From NCBI GenBank assembly GCA_046536775.1, contig JAWDMD010000001.1:67928-99927 (forward strand): a DNA stretch of 32,000 nt, in the 5' to 3' direction. The notes below the pieces were generated by a model. That model had not been told where the DNA came from and did no database searches. It saw only the letters and a list, made by a program, of their open reading frames with translations. Both the position numbers and the translations under genes were made by a program. Below are positions 1 to 9,173 of the stretch, piece after piece (the first letter of the stretch is position 1; the number at the start of each line of letters is the position of its first letter). Origin of the DNA: Candidatus Nanopusillus sp. Lineage in GTDB: Archaea > Nanobdellota > Nanobdellia > Nanobdellales > Nanobdellaceae.

Positions 1-1061
1 TAAATTATAATCCAGATTTTTTAAAGAAATTATCATCAAAATTACCTATATTCTATAACCCATTAATGAAAATAAATAGAGATTTTACAATAATAATATT
101 AAAATCTTATTATAATATAGTAAAGAAAAAATTGAATATTTTAGATTGTATGACTGCTACTGGTGTTAGATCTATAAGAATATTAAAGGAAATACCTGAA
201 GTTGTAAATAAAATATATATAAATGATATAAAAAAAGAAGCAATAGAAAATATAAAGGAAAATTTAAAGATTAATAATTTAGAAAATGATGAAAGAATAA
301 TTATATTAAATAATGATTGTAGAGAACTATTATTGAAATATAAATTTGATTATGTTGATATAGATCCTTTTGGTTCTCCAATTGGTTTTGTAGAATTACT
401 ACCAAAAGCACTAAAAAATTATGGAATTGCTGGAATTACTGCAACAGATATTTCATCATTATCTGGATCAAGATCAAAATCTTGTTTTAGGAAATATAAT
501 ACAATAGGAATTAAAACAGATTTTTATTTAGAATTTGGATTAAGAAATTTGGCAAAATATATAATCCTTGAAGGGTTAAAATATGATATTGCATTAATTC
601 CAATTTTTTCATATTATTATAATCATCATTATAGAATATTTGTTAAGAAAAGTACTAAAAGTAAAGATATAAATTATTTAATAGAAAATATAAGGGAAAT
701 ATATTATTGCAAAAATTGTGGATATAAATCTTTAGAAAATGGAAAATGTAAAGTATGCAATAATAATTTAATTAAATTAGGACCCATATATGTTGGAAAA
801 CTATATGATGAAAATATATTAAATGATATTAAGAATAATATTGGTTTAATCGATCTAGATAAGGATGAAAGAAAAATAATTGATAGAATAATAAATTGTG
901 ACTCAAAAACAGATTTATGGTATTATTATGATATAAGAAAAATTTCCTCTTTTTATAAAAATAATTTACCAAAAATTGAAAAAATATTAGAGATAAATAA
1001 TGGATGTAGAACACATTTTACAGATTATGGAATAAAAACCTTATACTATCCAAAAATATAA
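1..1061 (+). CDS. trm1: tRNA (guanine26-N2)-dimethyltransferase Trm1, 5'-truncated by the window edge
   Basis: The frame of listed ORF 66..1061 stays open back to nt 3 (NYNPDFLKKLSSKLPIFYNPLMKINRDF), so the true start lies upstream of the window. FYNP..NRD motif, SAM-binding LDCMTATGVRSIR, DIDPFGSP, and a C-terminal CKNCG..CKVC zinc knuckle are Trm1-family hallmarks. Confidence 0.85.
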   Translation, partial: NYNPDFLKKLSSKLPIFYNPLMKINRDFTIIILKSYYNIVKKKLNILDCMTATGVRSIRILKEIPEVVNKIYINDIKKEAIENIKENLKINNLENDERIIILNNDCRELLLKYKFDYVDIDPFGSPIGFVELLPKALKNYGIAGITATDISSLSGSRSKSCFRKYNTIGIKTDFYLEFGLRNLAKYIILEGLKYDIALIPIFSYYYNHHYRIFVKKSTKSKDINYLIENIREIYYCKNCGYKSLENGKCKVCNNNLIKLGPIYVGKLYDENILNDIKNNIGLIDLDKDERKIIDRIINCDSKTDLWYYYDIRKISSFYKNNLPKIEKILEINNGCRTHFTDYGIKTLYYPKI

Positions 1062-1068
1062 ATATATT

Positions 1069-1350
1069 ATGAGATATAGTTTAATAATAAAAATAAATAA
1101 AAATATATCTTTAGAGGGTAATGATAATTTAATTTGGTATATAGAAAATTATACAAAAGATATAAACAATCTTGAATCTATGTTTGAAGCATTAAAAAAA
1201 TATAAAGAAAAATATAGAAAAAAAGGAAAGATCAATATAGCCGTTGTAGGAAATATTGATAAGAATATAATTGAAAAATACAAAGATTATTTTAATATAT
1301 TTATTGAAAACGATATACAAAGGAAAATCACAGAATTCATAAATAAATAA
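1069..1350 (+). CDS. hypothetical protein (93 aa, Lys/Asn-rich)
   Basis: The ORF fills the gap between trm1 and hef on the same strand with 7-nt and 24-nt spacers. No recognisable motif. Confidence 0.4.
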   Translation: MRYSLIIKINKNISLEGNDNLIWYIENYTKDINNLESMFEALKKYKEKYRKKGKINIAVVGNIDKNIIEKYKDYFNIFIENDIQRKITEFINK

Positions 1351-1374
1351 AAATCTTTTTAATATTTTTATATT

Positions 1375-3615
1375 ATGTCTTCTATAGAATTAAGGGAATA
1401 TCAAAAAAACATATTAGAATCATGTTTGAAGGAAAATACACTTGTTATATTACCAACAGGTACTGGAAAGACAATTATTGCCTTTTTTCTTATTATTGAA
1501 AGATTAAAATTTTTTCCAGATAAAAAAATATACTTTTTAGCCCCAACAAAACCACTAGTAAACCAACATTATAATAATTTTATAAAAATTTTTCCAGATT
1601 TAAAAGACAAAAGTATTGTAATTACAGGAGATATTCAACAAGAAAGAAGGAATTATTTATATAAACAGGGAAAAATCATTTTTGTAACACCACAAACATT
1701 ACAAAATGATTTAATAAGCGGAAGAATAACATTCTATGATGCCTCAACAATAATATTTGATGAAGCACATAGAGCAGTTAAAAAGTATTCATATACATTT
1801 ATTGCAAAAAAGTTTGTAGAACAGGCAAAGGATTATAGAATAATTGGATTAACAGCTTCTCCTGGTTGGAATATTGAAAGAATAGAAGAAGTAATAAACA
1901 ATCTATATATAAAGAATATTGAAATAAGAACTGGAGAAGAGTATGATATTAAAAAATATATGACTGGTATTGAAATTAAGAGGATAGATGTAGAATTAAA
2001 TAATGAATTAAACAGTATTAAGGATTTGATAATAAAAGCTATAGATTTGAGGATATCTAAAGTAAAAGAATTAGATCCATCAATTAATATCAGCAGGGGT
2101 AAAAAGGACATATTAAATTGGATAGAAGAAATTAAAAAGAATCTGGGAATTAGAGGGAGAGATTATAGATTAAGAGAAATAGTAGAACTATTGTCTGAAA
2201 CATTAAAAATATATCACGCCCTAGAAGTTTTAGAAACACAAACATTATATACCTTTATAAGTTATTTTAATGATATTGAAAATGATATAAGAAAGAGTAG
2301 AGCAGATTATGAAGTTTTGAGTGATATAAGAATAAAGAAAGCGATATATTTAGCAAAAGAATATATTAATAAAAATATTGAACATCCAAAATTATTAAAA
2401 TTAATAGAAATATTAAAGGAAAATAAAGATAAAAAAATAATTGTATTTGCGCAAATAAGGAAAACTCTAGATAGAATAAAAGAATATTGTGATAAAAATG
2501 ATATAAAGGCTGAAAAGTTTGTTGGAAAAAAAGAAATGAGTAGAAATGAACAGATAAAATTATTGAAAGATTTTTCAGAAGGTAAATTCAATGTATTATT
2601 ATCAACATCTGTTGGTGAAGAGGGTATTGATATTCCAAAAGTTGATATTGTAGTATTTTACGAACCTGTTCCATCTGAAATTAGATATATACAAAGAAGA
2701 GGTAGAACTGGTAGAGGTGAGGTAGGGGAAGTAACAATATTAGTAACAAAGAATACAATGGATGAAAGATTTTATTGGGTTTCAATAAGGAAAGAAAAAA
2801 AGATGTTATATATAATTAAAAGAATAAAAAAATATCTAAAAATAAATAATAATATAGAGGAGAATAATGTAAATAATATGATGATGGCTGAAAGTGTTGA
2901 AAAATCTGGGGGAATATTTAAGTATATTACAAATAGTCAAACTTCTCAAGAAAAGGATAATTCATCAAATATGATTAATACAAAATCTAATATTCCTATG
3001 ATTATTGTAGATTATAAAGAAAAAGAATCAGGAGTGGTACAAACTTTAGCAAATACAGATATTTTAATAAAATTAGAAAATTTAGATATTGGAGATTATA
3101 TAATAGGAGACCTAATAATTGAGAGAAAAAATATATTGGATTTCATTAATTCCATAATAGATGGAAGATTATATAATCAATTAGAAAAGTTAAAAGATAA
3201 AAAATCTGCTTTAATATTAGAAGGAACTGAAGATAGTTTTGGAATAGACACAAATATTTCGATAAATTACATAAGGACATTGATATTAAAAATAATTTTG
3301 GAATATAAAATACCAGTTATAAGAACTTCAGACTTTTTAGAAACAGCAAATTATTTATATTTATTAGCAAAAAATTATAATAAATTCCCAAATATACCTG
3401 AAAAGGTGAAAAATTATGAAGATCTTGATGAGGTTAAATTAGAGATATTAAAATCTATACCAGGTGTTGGAGAAAATCTTGCATTAAAATTATTGGAAAG
3501 ATTTAAATCATTAAAGAACATTTTTCTAGCAAATAAAACCGATTTAGAGAACATTGTTGGAGAAAAGAAAGCAGAGAGAATTAAAAAAATTTTTGAAGAG
3601 GAATATAAAAAATGA
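1375..3615 (+). CDS. hef: Hef: SF2 helicase fused to an ERCC4/XPF-type nuclease and HhH2 domain
   Basis: Helicase motifs LPTGTGKT (I), FDEAH (II), LTASPG (III) and QRRGRTGR (VI). A low-complexity Asn/Ser linker follows. ERCC4 signature GDYIIGDLIIERKNILDF (GDxnERKx3D), then C-terminal tandem HhH (IPGVGENLALKLL...). Confidence 0.9.
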   Translation: MSSIELREYQKNILESCLKENTLVILPTGTGKTIIAFFLIIERLKFFPDKKIYFLAPTKPLVNQHYNNFIKIFPDLKDKSIVITGDIQQERRNYLYKQGKIIFVTPQTLQNDLISGRITFYDASTIIFDEAHRAVKKYSYTFIAKKFVEQAKDYRIIGLTASPGWNIERIEEVINNLYIKNIEIRTGEEYDIKKYMTGIEIKRIDVELNNELNSIKDLIIKAIDLRISKVKELDPSINISRGKKDILNWIEEIKKNLGIRGRDYRLREIVELLSETLKIYHALEVLETQTLYTFISYFNDIENDIRKSRADYEVLSDIRIKKAIYLAKEYINKNIEHPKLLKLIEILKENKDKKIIVFAQIRKTLDRIKEYCDKNDIKAEKFVGKKEMSRNEQIKLLKDFSEGKFNVLLSTSVGEEGIDIPKVDIVVFYEPVPSEIRYIQRRGRTGRGEVGEVTILVTKNTMDERFYWVSIRKEKKMLYIIKRIKKYLKINNNIEENNVNNMMMAESVEKSGGIFKYITNSQTSQEKDNSSNMINTKSNIPMIIVDYKEKESGVVQTLANTDILIKLENLDIGDYIIGDLIIERKNILDFINSIIDGRLYNQLEKLKDKKSALILEGTEDSFGIDTNISINYIRTLILKIILEYKIPVIRTSDFLETANYLYLLAKNYNKFPNIPEKVKNYEDLDEVKLEILKSIPGVGENLALKLLERFKSLKNIFLANKTDLENIVGEKKAERIKKIFEEEYKK

Positions 3616-4469
3616 TTTCAATTACTCATTGGGATATAGACGGAATAGCATGTCTATCAATATTATATAAGAAATTTGGTGATAAATTTAAGGTCTATTT
3701 TTCAAGTCCAAGATTAATAAATAATACATTAATAAAGGTAATAGAAAATAATGATAAAGAAGAGGAATTATATATTACAGATATTGCAATTGATCAGGAA
3801 GCTATATATCTATCTTCATATTTTAAAAAAGTTTATTGGATAGATCACCATGAAAAAAATTTTAATGAACTTACATCAAAGGTAAATATTTATATAAAAA
3901 ACTATAAATCTGCTGCAAGAGTTTTATCTGAATACTTAAATGTGGAATTTAAATATTTAGATATTGTTGATGACATAGATTCTGGAGAAATAAAAAATGA
4001 TATAGAAAGGGATTTTGTAGACTACATAGTATCAATAAGACATTTTTATCCAAAATCATATGATCTATATTTTATATCAATAGCAAAAAATCTATTAAAT
4101 AAAGATATTAAAGATATAATTAATTATGATATTATAAAAAGATTTAGAAAAGAATTAAATGAAATATATAGAAATTTGGATAAAAATATAACAATAATAA
4201 ACAAAAAATATAAGATTTATATAATAAAATTGGATAAAAATATACCATCAAACTATATTTTAGAATATATAAAAGAAAAAATAAGGGATAATCCAGATTT
4301 TGTAATAACCTTATATGAAAAATCTAAGAGGGGGGAAATAAGGACATTAAATAATAAAGAAGTAAACGAAATGGCAAAATTACTTAATGGTGGCGGTCAC
4401 AAATATGCTGCAGGATTTACTTTTAATAATGAAAGGGAAATTTATGAAAAAATATTAAATAATGTTTAA
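3612..4469 (+). CDS. DHH/DHHA1-family phosphoesterase (small RecJ/NrnA-like)
   Basis: ITHWDIDGIACLS (motif I DxD), WIDHHE (DHH motif), and GGGHKYAAGF (DHHA1 GGGHxxAAG). The start ATG overlaps the hef stop (ATGA, 4-nt overlap). Confidence 0.8.
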   Translation: MISITHWDIDGIACLSILYKKFGDKFKVYFSSPRLINNTLIKVIENNDKEEELYITDIAIDQEAIYLSSYFKKVYWIDHHEKNFNELTSKVNIYIKNYKSAARVLSEYLNVEFKYLDIVDDIDSGEIKNDIERDFVDYIVSIRHFYPKSYDLYFISIAKNLLNKDIKDIINYDIIKRFRKELNEIYRNLDKNITIINKKYKIYIIKLDKNIPSNYILEYIKEKIRDNPDFVITLYEKSKRGEIRTLNNKEVNEMAKLLNGGGHKYAAGFTFNNEREIYEKILNNV

Positions 4470-4493
4470 ATTCCTTATTATTAATTAGTATTT

Positions 4494-5738
4494 ATGGTTA
4501 CAGCAATTTTAGCTACAAATATAACATACGCAGATTATTTAGTGGCAAATGTAGTAGGACACATATATAAATTGCCAGTATATACAGTATATCAAAATCC
4601 AATAGATATAAATAATACAGTACAAATGCTAGTAAATGATAATGTAACAAATGTAATAGTAATAGGAGGACCTGCAGTAATATCAAATTTATTATTACAA
4701 GATCTAAATCAATCAAATATAAGTTATTTATGGATATGGGGAACAACAAGATATGATACATCAGCATATGTAGCATTATATTTCTGGAATAGTTCTAGTG
4801 GTGCAGTATTAATTACAAGAGATTTAGTTAATAGTAATGTAAGTCCAGATAAATTACAATTAGTCACTGAAGCTGTTCAATATGCTGAAGAAAATAATGA
4901 ACCAATATTAATTGTACCAAACGGTGTATTACCTGAAAATACAATATATGCATTGGAAAAATTAAATACAACCAATGTGGTTATATTTACTGGAGCAAGT
5001 CCTTCTTTGGGAAATATAACAAATCAATTAAGTTCATTAAATATATCTTATGAAATATATAGTAATAGCCAACCTCCAGTAAATTGTCAAAATTATTTAT
5101 ATGTAAATATAACATCAAATACATCTTGGGAGGATATTAGAGAAATATTTGCTGGAGAGATTAATGGCGTTTGTATAGTACCAATGGTTGTAAATAATAG
5201 TGTAAATATAACACAAGAAAAAGAAGAATTAAAACAAGAAATTGAAAATGATTATGAAATGAATAGAAATGGTGTATTAAATTTAACTGAAATTGTAGAA
5301 AAACATATTAATAGATTGTTGGAACACCAGCTTTTATTATTAGATAAATTTGAACTACTATGCAATTATACAAACGATCAGTTGCCAATATGTAGTATAT
5401 TACCACAGTTAAATCAAACATTGACATTAACAATGCAAGAAGTTATGAATGGGAATATATCTGAATTATTAGATACTCAATATCTATTAGAAAACGATAA
5501 CTGGGAAGTAATAAAAAATATGGGAGAACATAATGAGGAAGAGATTATTAAAGATAATATAGAACACTTCAAAAAAGAAATAGAACAAGAATTAGATAAT
5601 GAAATAGAAAATGAGCAAATTTCAATAGAAAATAATAATGGAACAATTAATATAAATGGGCAAGGTTCTGTAACAATTAATAATGAATCAATTACAATAA
5701 ATGGAAATGGCTCAATATATACACGACCTATTGAATAA
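4494..5738 (+). CDS. Asn-rich putative surface glycoprotein with CWB2-like (cell-wall-binding repeat 2) modules and a coiled-coil C-terminal half
   Basis: VIVIGGPAVISNLLLQDL..WIWGTTRYDTSAYVALYF matches the CWB2 pattern (IGG..aIs....L......ri.G.dRYeTs..vA.yf). A second module has EPILIV..NVVIFTG. There are 21 N-X-S/T sequons (hand count). The C-terminal half is acidic and coiled-coil-like, with TING-GS mini-repeats at the end. Confidence 0.6.
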   Translation: MVTAILATNITYADYLVANVVGHIYKLPVYTVYQNPIDINNTVQMLVNDNVTNVIVIGGPAVISNLLLQDLNQSNISYLWIWGTTRYDTSAYVALYFWNSSSGAVLITRDLVNSNVSPDKLQLVTEAVQYAEENNEPILIVPNGVLPENTIYALEKLNTTNVVIFTGASPSLGNITNQLSSLNISYEIYSNSQPPVNCQNYLYVNITSNTSWEDIREIFAGEINGVCIVPMVVNNSVNITQEKEELKQEIENDYEMNRNGVLNLTEIVEKHINRLLEHQLLLLDKFELLCNYTNDQLPICSILPQLNQTLTLTMQEVMNGNISELLDTQYLLENDNWEVIKNMGEHNEEEIIKDNIEHFKKEIEQELDNEIENEQISIENNNGTININGQGSVTINNESITINGNGSIYTRPIE

Positions 5739-5790
5739 TTATTTTTTATTGTAAAATTATTTAAAATATCAAAAATTTTTATAGATTATT

Positions 5791-7152
5791 ATGATAGAAT
5801 GGTCTGAAATAAAAAATTATTACATGAACGAATATGTTACAAAAGAGATTATTGATTATTCAAAAAATAGATGGATTGCTTTAGAAACAAACAGATTAGA
5901 TCAAAGAATATTTATAAGATATGATAAAGATAAAAAGCCATTAAAAATTGAAAATGAAGATGAATATAAATCTTTATTTACAAAATTTTCTTATCTAAAA
6001 TTTAGAACAATTTATGCAACAATAAATTTGTATAATCAAATTTCTGAAGACAAATTAAAAGATATAAAGAATATAAAATATGTAACACCGATTTTTGATA
6101 TTGATGGAACATTGGAAGATTTTGATATAATAAAAAATGTTGCAGAAATAATTGTTTCATATCTGGAAAAATATAAAATATATAAATCTGTATATTTAAA
6201 ATGGAGTGGAAGAGGAATACATGTACATATTAATGAAAAAGCATTTTCGGAAAATATATTAAATAAATATCATCCATTAAATATTGCATTTGCAATTGTG
6301 GATTTTATATTAAAGAAAGCAAAGGATGATTTAGAAAAAGAGATATCAAAAGCAAGGGAAAAATCTAGAGAATTCAAAGTTGAAAATAAGATAGATATAC
6401 AAAGGGTATTTACAGTACCATTATCATTCCATAGATTTTTAGATTATGTATGTGTAATATTTAAACCAAACGACATTCAAAATTTTGATTTATCATGGGC
6501 AAATTATAAGAATTTTAAACATAGTGAAAAATGGAGAGAATATGAACCTGGAGAAGGGGATTATTTAGCAGAAATATCTATAAAAGAAACAAAAAACTAT
6601 ATTGTAAATTATTCAAATAAGGATACATTGAAACAGGAGAAAGTATCGATAAAAAGAGAAAATCCTGGAAATGTTGGTAGATTTCAGGTTATGGGATTAT
6701 TACAAGCAGCAAGATATTACCTATTATATAATGATATAAATAAAGCAAAGAGTTTTGGGCTAAATAGAGCAATATTTTATGCCTGGGCAAAATATTATAG
6801 ACCAATATATAAAAGAAATAAAGAAGAAACATTTCATCCATATTTTAAGGAAAAAGAAGATAAAGAAATAGAATTAATAAAAGTTGGAGATGAAGAGGCA
6901 CCATATAATAAAAATACAGGATATTTTCATATAGGAGATAAAGATCAAACACCAGAAGATTATGATAAAGAGATAAAAGATAAAATAAATAGTATGGTTG
7001 ATTATAATATTGCATGGAACTTTGCAATAGAATATATAAAGAAGTTTCCAAAGGAGGTTCTTTTAGATCAACAAGAATTTTATAAAAAGATATATGAACC
7101 CATCAGAGATAGATTTTTTGAAGAATTATTTAAATCGGTAAAAAAGGAATAA
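5791..7152 (+). CDS. priS: archaeo-eukaryotic primase, PriS-like catalytic subunit with a C-terminal helical extension
   Basis: AEP motifs: IFDIDG (motif I DxD), WSGRGIHVHI (motif II sGxGxH), IDIQRVFTVPLSFH (motif III region). The C-terminal ~165 aa are helical (FQVMGLLQAARYYLLYNDINKAK...). The whole protein has a single Cys. Confidence 0.75.
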   Translation: MIEWSEIKNYYMNEYVTKEIIDYSKNRWIALETNRLDQRIFIRYDKDKKPLKIENEDEYKSLFTKFSYLKFRTIYATINLYNQISEDKLKDIKNIKYVTPIFDIDGTLEDFDIIKNVAEIIVSYLEKYKIYKSVYLKWSGRGIHVHINEKAFSENILNKYHPLNIAFAIVDFILKKAKDDLEKEISKAREKSREFKVENKIDIQRVFTVPLSFHRFLDYVCVIFKPNDIQNFDLSWANYKNFKHSEKWREYEPGEGDYLAEISIKETKNYIVNYSNKDTLKQEKVSIKRENPGNVGRFQVMGLLQAARYYLLYNDINKAKSFGLNRAIFYAWAKYYRPIYKRNKEETFHPYFKEKEDKEIELIKVGDEEAPYNKNTGYFHIGDKDQTPEDYDKEIKDKINSMVDYNIAWNFAIEYIKKFPKEVLLDQQEFYKKIYEPIRDRFFEELFKSVKKE

Positions 7153-7221
7153 TGTTTTTGTATTTTTCTAGTAACTATGGTATATGAAATATTTATAAAC
7201 TTTTCTTAAATATTCTATAGT

Positions 7222-7587
7222 ATGGACCCTGAAACACTATTGATAATAATTGATTCACTCTTAACTGGTTTAATTATAGGATCTTTATCTTATAAAGCTG
7301 CAAACAGAAAATCAATATTAATTTCAGAATTTATGCTATTAATGTTGTTTGGATTATTAATATTACCATCATTATTAAATTTAATATTATTATTTATTTT
7401 CCTTATGATATTATTAATTGGAATGACTTTATATTCTATATTTGAATTACCGGCATCTGCTGTTATTATATTTATAATTTCAGCGATTCTAGTATTTGCA
7501 ATATTATACTCTATGATTAATTACCCAGCCATATATGCAAGTTCTAATTATTTATTGCCTACGATAATTCAAAGTCCTTTATATTAA
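7222..7587 (+). CDS. small polytopic membrane protein (about 4 TM), hypothetical
   Basis: Almost entirely hydrophobic Leu/Ile-rich segments. The stop lies 1 nt before the start of the downstream GT2 gene. Confidence 0.55.
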   Translation: MDPETLLIIIDSLLTGLIIGSLSYKAANRKSILISEFMLLMLFGLLILPSLLNLILLFIFLMILLIGMTLYSIFELPASAVIIFIISAILVFAILYSMINYPAIYASSNYLLPTIIQSPLY

Positions 7588-7588
7588 T

Positions 7589-9151
7589 ATGGATCTATTA
7601 TTTATTTCTTCTTTATTATTATTATTAGATATATTAATAATATCAATATTTGATCTAAGATATCTAATAAATATAGATAGAAAAATAAAAATTCCAAAGT
7701 ATAAAGATTTAGAAAATAAAGAAAATCTATTTGTATTATTTCCAGTAAAAAATGAAGAAGAAGATGTTTTAATAAAAAAGATTGAATATTTGAAAAATAT
7801 AAATAATGTATATAAAAATTTAACTATATATTTTTTATTCCTAGATGATACAGAATTAAATAAAGAAAATAAATTAGTAGAATATTTAGAAAAAAATTGC
7901 TTAAAAAAATATTATGACGAAAAATATTTAATATATGATTTAGATAAAATAAAATATTATTTTAGATTAAATGGTATAAAAAGAAAAGGAGCTGCTTTAG
8001 ATGATGTAATAGATTATTTAGAGAGGAAATATAATATAAAGTATTTCTCAGTATATGATTTTGAATGGACTGTTACAATTGAATATTTATATAAAGCTGT
8101 ATGTATTTTAGAATCAAATAAAAATTTATCTTTTGTATATTGGAATAGAAGAACTGTTCCTGTAGATTATTTTCATAAAATTGTTGGAATTTATGTTGAT
8201 ACATTTTTCGAATTTTATTTACCAATGAAAAATATTCTAGATGATATTTCCATGGCTCATGGTTCTTGTGGGGTTTTGAGATTAAAAGATTATAAAAAGG
8301 CTGGAAAATTTACACCACATTTAACCGAAGATGCTTCATTAACAATTAGATTGTACTTAAATGGTTTTAGAGGAATATATATAAGAGATTGGGTTGAATA
8401 TGGACAAAATTTACCTCCAAATTTTAATATGACATTAAAGACAATAAGAAGATGGCAAACAGGAACTTTTGATGTAATTATTTCAAATTTCTGGAAAATA
8501 TTATTTAATAAAAAGTTGAAGTTTAAACAAAAAATAAGTTTTATTCATATGTTTTCATCATTATTTTTACCATTAATTTCTTTCATATTAATATTAATTA
8601 GTATAACAACTATTCTATTCAATCTATCATCTCCTTTATGGTATTATGTAGCTCCATTCTTTTATTTCTCACAAATTTACATATTAACAATCTTTATAAC
8701 AGAATATTATATAGTTGAAAAAAGGATATATAATAGAGCAAGTATTTTAGATTCTTTTTTGACATTATTGATTGGTTGGGGTATTTCTGCACTAACAACA
8801 TATTATTATTTAAGAAGATTATTAATTGGTTTGGATAATAGATGGATAGTTACTGTTAAAACAATAAGAAAGTATAATTTCGATTATTATTCAATAACAG
8901 TATATATAATATTCTTCATCATAAATATATATTTCCTTTACTATGCATATTCGCCATGGTTACCATATATAAGTTCTCAGAATATTTTACCATTTTTAAT
9001 AAGTGTAATACTTGGAGATCTTTCTATTTATATTTGGATAATTTCAATATTATTTATATTCTATTTGCAATATAGAAGCTATAAAATGAGCAAAAAGAAT
9101 GTAGAAAACCTGTTATATTTAGGAATATTAAAGAAAAAAGAAAATTTATAA
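7589..9151 (+). CDS. integral-membrane family-2 glycosyltransferase (cellulose/chitin-synthase-like architecture)
   Basis: N-terminal TM. GT2 motifs: FPVKNEEEDV, FLFLDDTE, KRKGAALDD, VYDFEW (DxD position), LTEDASLT (TED), and TIRRWQTG (variant of QxxRW). Several C-terminal TM helices follow. Confidence 0.75.
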   Translation: MDLLFISSLLLLLDILIISIFDLRYLINIDRKIKIPKYKDLENKENLFVLFPVKNEEEDVLIKKIEYLKNINNVYKNLTIYFLFLDDTELNKENKLVEYLEKNCLKKYYDEKYLIYDLDKIKYYFRLNGIKRKGAALDDVIDYLERKYNIKYFSVYDFEWTVTIEYLYKAVCILESNKNLSFVYWNRRTVPVDYFHKIVGIYVDTFFEFYLPMKNILDDISMAHGSCGVLRLKDYKKAGKFTPHLTEDASLTIRLYLNGFRGIYIRDWVEYGQNLPPNFNMTLKTIRRWQTGTFDVIISNFWKILFNKKLKFKQKISFIHMFSSLFLPLISFILILISITTILFNLSSPLWYYVAPFFYFSQIYILTIFITEYYIVEKRIYNRASILDSFLTLLIGWGISALTTYYYLRRLLIGLDNRWIVTVKTIRKYNFDYYSITVYIIFFIINIYFLYYAYSPWLPYISSQNILPFLISVILGDLSIYIWIISILFIFYLQYRSYKMSKKNVENLLYLGILKKKENL

Positions 9152-9173
9152 GAAAAAATCAAAAACTATCTAT

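Noticed and set aside
829-2591. Minus-strand track ORFs 829..1014, 1833..2111 and 2307..2591
   Set aside because: They are antisense to trm1 and hef. They are typical long antisense frames of AT-rich, purine-skewed coding DNA, with no motifs.
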